A stretch of 64,000 nucleotides of DNA, taken from Takakia lepidozioides. Taxonomy: Eukaryota > Plantae > Bryophyta. Both the position numbers and the translations under genes were made by a program. The stretch is from NCBI GenBank assembly GCA_030704615.1, contig CM060732.1, positions 36,952,001 through 37,016,000 of the forward strand, read 5' to 3'. This document shows, piece after piece, positions 61,301 through 64,000 of this stretch (positions are counted from its first letter, which is position 1; every line of letters begins with the position of its first letter). Below the pieces are notes generated by a model. It had not been told where the DNA came from. It worked only from the letters and a program-made list of their open reading frames with translations, and did no database searches.

Positions 61301-63470
61301 CTTAGCCAATCCCTTGAGCAGCAGTTGCTTTTGGGCTGTTTTTTGGCTCTGGTTTTGCTTCCACTCATGTTTTTTCCCATAAGCTCTTTGAGCTTTCCAC
61401 GGACATTATAAAGTACCATTTCATTTCATTTCTTTCTTTTCTTCATTTCATTCATTTGCTTCTGTTTCTTTTCTCTGCCCATCCAGCGGGGTGATCTCCT
61501 TTTCCTCTGTCTTTATCTTGTTTGGTGTGTTTTGACGTGGGGCTTTCTACATTGTTACATAGATACATCATTGTGCTCTCCCATTCAGAGACTGGTGTAG
61601 CCCAGATCAAAATGCTTCCATCTATCTCTCAAGCTGGCAATTTAAGCTCTCTGAATCAAGCCATGTGTAGTCCTGCTTTGTTAGTCTACTCTCCAATGAC
61701 CATTCATACCTTCTGCAGCTAAGCGTGTCTCGGGGCCTTCCAGGAAATTCCACTCCTCCAAGAGAAGATGCTTGCAAATGAAAATGCAGCTGCCATTAAT
61801 CTGTTCGCAAAAAATGTGAGTAGTTGCCTTGCTTCCCCTGCAGAGTTTGGTTATGGAATTGTACGAGCATCGACTTTGCCCTTCACAGTATTCTCTTAGC
61901 ACTAGTGTCCTCAGCCATGTCTGTTGCCATGAGATTGTCTGATGAAAATGAAGTTAGGCAGAAAACTTCCCTGAACTTGTTTCCAGTCTGTGACATGGGG
62001 GAGGACATCTTGGATGACCTCAAGGGTCTACCCACTCTCGGCACTAGACTGCAGGAAGCCTACCTTTGAACAGCAAACAGAAGCAGAGAGGAAAGGGAGA
62101 GTGCAATTGCCCGTTGTGTGGGCAATCTGAAGACAGTATTCATTTTCTGATACACTGTCCGGGGTTCTCTCACCAAAGAGACGCTCTCTTCAAATCTATT
62201 AAGGGAATTGTGCCTGTACCCCTGTTTACCAACTTTGAAAGTCTCGAGGCTGAGCCAAAAGCCCAGGCCCTCCTGAGGCCTAGTTTTTGGGCAAATCACA
62301 CACAGCAGATTGATGCTTGTGTGAAGGGATTTCTAGAGGATATCTGGAAAACCCGGATTAATTCTTTATATGGAGGTAAGTCTTACTACCAACGTCAGCC
62401 CCTGACAGAGGTAGGTTCTGTCCCTTTTGTTCCCGCTCAAACTGGGCACGGGGTCAATGGCCACAAGGCTACGGCTAACAACGTCTTATGAGTACAATCT
62501 TAGCACTAGTGAAAACTCCTGTTTCAGTGATTTGTGAGGCGAGAGCAATTGCAATGATAGAGATTTTTGGGGGATGGATAACAGGCTGAATTGATGGATC
62601 GGAAGGATGGAGAGAGACGAGCCAAAGAGAGTGAAGCTGAAGTTTCCCGGGAATCCCAACATCTCAAAGATCAGGTTGCATTTTGGATCTGAAGTGTTTC
62701 AAAGGTGCTTCTTAAAGTTGTGATGAACTGCAAGAACAAATCCAGAGACAGAATCTCCCTGGCAAGATGCTGGGCCAGTGGGAGGAGGGATTGGGGAGAG
62801 CTATAGAAGTTAAATGCTCATACCTTGAGCTGCAATCTACAATTTGTAGGTCTCATGTGCATTATTCCATTCAAAATGTCTTAAAAGGAAACTGAAGTGA
62901 ATGCACAATGGGTTGCGTTTGGACATGGCAGTTAGCAAGACTGAAAGAAGATAGCAGTGCTCGTATTCAAGCGGCGGAAGGTGTAGCTCAGCTGCCCTGT
63001 TCATTGTATTCATTGAGAGAAAGAACAACAAAACTTCATGATGTCCATGGAGAATGAAAGAAAAAGAAAGACTATCACATCCTTGGGACAATGAGGGAAA
63101 GAATTATAAGCAGGAGCATTTTCGAATAAAAATTTGAAGTTAGCCTTCCATATCCTCAAAGCCTTCAAGTTTCCAGAAGACAATGTAAAGCTTGTTGGGG
63201 TCTGCACTGGAGCTGTCCTTTGCAAATTGTTCATACAAAATTGTGCTTACTGTAACCATGTACCAAACACATAGGGTGGGGAAGGTATGCCGAGGTAAGA
63301 TAGACAGTGTTCTTTTAATGCTCTATAGCGATTGTGCCTCTCTCACCTGGGGTGAAGATTTCTTCCGTTCTGTTGCAGAAAGAGCCAAGAGTGATGCAGA
63401 TTACAGTTCCTCAATAATTCGAAGATTGGAATCAGAAATTGCACAACGTGACCAAAAGCATGCAGAAGAG
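52340..63470 (+). CDS. LRRC45: LRRC45-like protein (RNI-type LRRs followed by coiled coil); gene continues past the last exon found
   Basis: Phase-compatible exons 53327-53389, 53659-53722, 55942-56032 (LSLEWNSLG), 56273-56360 (VDLRSNKIG), 56794-56922 (DLRWNEIG..LAGNGIP), 57154-57245, 58524-~58616, 60564-60629, 61025-61120, 62585-62674, 62932-62980, 63379-63470. The EWNSLG / DLRxN / DLRWN / LAGNxIP series matches LRRC45 as I recall it. Linkage of the first exon (52340-~53264) is less certain. Confidence 0.72.
53840..54055 (+). mobile_element. Two short LINE 3' ends, family A, (CATTT)n tail
   Basis: GGACGTTATAAAG(C/T)ACCA..TTTCATTTC is shared with the 3' end of 58655-59990. Confidence 0.75.
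54068..54335 (+). mobile_element. LINE 3' end, family B
   Basis: Homologous to 62240-62497 (HTQQxDACVKGFxEDIWKTR; GGCCACAAGGCTA..CAACGTC.TATGAGTACA). Confidence 0.8.
54555..55315 (+). mobile_element. Tandem LINE 3' ends, family A
   Basis: LRIETGRW..R.DCLCPTC..ESEDRFFCHCPLY, a second IETEEHF segment and two tails, all homologous to 59570-59990. Confidence 0.85.
56480..56624 (-). mobile_element. 145-bp solo LTR containing a tRNA-like sequence (TRIM-type)
   Basis: TGTTGGA...TCCAACA termini. TSD GTTTG at 56475-56479 and 56625-56629. Internal tRNA-like 56572-56501 with A box TAGCTCAGTGG and B box GGTTCAATCC. Confidence 0.85.
58655..60085 (+). mobile_element. 5'-truncated LINE, family A, with intact ORF2 C-terminal half and duplicated 3' end
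   Basis: LLYADDVALL, VNLSKTKIM, YRYLG, YGCEFW, FRVGSHNLRIETGRW, C..C..ETEEHFFFYC. Open to 59885. (CATTT)n tail at ~59971-59986, with the tail region repeated at 60000-60085. Confidence 0.92.
61190..61455 (+). mobile_element. LINE 3' end, family A
   Basis: Matches 59760-59990, including hairpin and tail. Confidence 0.8.
61908..62497 (+). mobile_element. 5'-truncated LINE, family B, with 14-bp TSD
   Basis: TSD TCTTAGCACTAGTG at 61894-61907 and 62498-62511. C-terminal knuckle CPLCGQSEDSIHFLIHCP. Confidence 0.88.
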
Positions 63471-63689
63471 GTGACGAAATCTTTCCTTCTCTTCATTCTC
63501 CTTTGCTCTTCCTTATTTGTCATCTACCAGGGGGGTTTGGTCAGAGGCTACAATGTTCATGGGAAGGTGAAAGTGGGGAACGAGTAGATGCTAATGAGTC
63601 CTTACTTCCAGCAGAAGAGAATGAGGAGGAAGAGGAAGTAGTAGCATAAAACAGAAGAGTTTGTTTTGTGCACTAGAAGCCCTAAGGGA

Positions 63690-63935
63690 CCAATGGACAA
63701 AAAGAAAGTTCCAAATTGGATTTCTGACCCCTCCGTATTTTGTGGCAATAGGGCGCAACGGAGAGTCCATTGTGCTCAAAAAGTATGGACACCCGAGCAT
63801 ACCAAGAGTGCTTGTAACCAGCGGATTTGAGCCTGATAGATGTTGTGAGGGCCAGGCTGTCAGCCCTATGGGTGGAAGGGCTTGTAACCTTGTAAGAAAG
63901 ATTGTAAGCCGGAAAATGGCAGCTAGGGTTCTGAA
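63690..63935 (-). mobile_element. LINE ORF2 fragment related to family A
   Basis: ALTTSIRLKSAGYKHSWYARV..LF..NGLS matches ALTTSMRLKAAGFRNSWYARVDSLFQRNGLS at 59270-59360. Confidence 0.8.
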
Positions 63936-64000
63936 GGCTCAAAATCATTGTTTCCTTGTCCCAACCTGGGGCCCCAACTTGGCAAAAACAGGTGCTGGCT

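Overview
Eukaryotic, transposon-dense window, most likely from a flagellated-sperm (seed-free) land plant. That inference rests on a type-D-like nsLTP gene, an LRRC45-like centriole/cilium gene and plant-type LTR elements. 1-21.3 kb holds three copies of one non-chromoviral Ty3/Gypsy family carrying about 3.7 kb of conserved extra coding sequence 3' of pol; one copy is inserted in a LINE remnant, and there is a 500-N gap. At 26.1-34.8 kb a Ty1/copia remnant is split by a TSD-bounded 7.6 kb non-LTR element encoding APE + RT + RNase H + CCHC + restriction-like endonuclease (Dualen/RandI architecture). At 35.1-39.4 kb a decayed SWIM-finger gene is flanked by a 26-bp palindrome, which on its 5' side forms a CRISPR-looking array of 30 copies on a 53-bp grid with five recurring spacer types. 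39.4-44.8 kb is a full-length copia nested in the LTR of a truncated copia. 45-49.3 kb is a decayed spliced gene of unknown function plus an ADH-like exon fragment. 49.7-50.5 kb is an nsLTP gene. From 52.3 kb to the end is an LRRC45-like gene whose introns carry many LINE 3' ends and a 145-bp tRNA-containing solo LTR with a 5-bp TSD. Family assignments come from motif recognition by eye; no searches were run.
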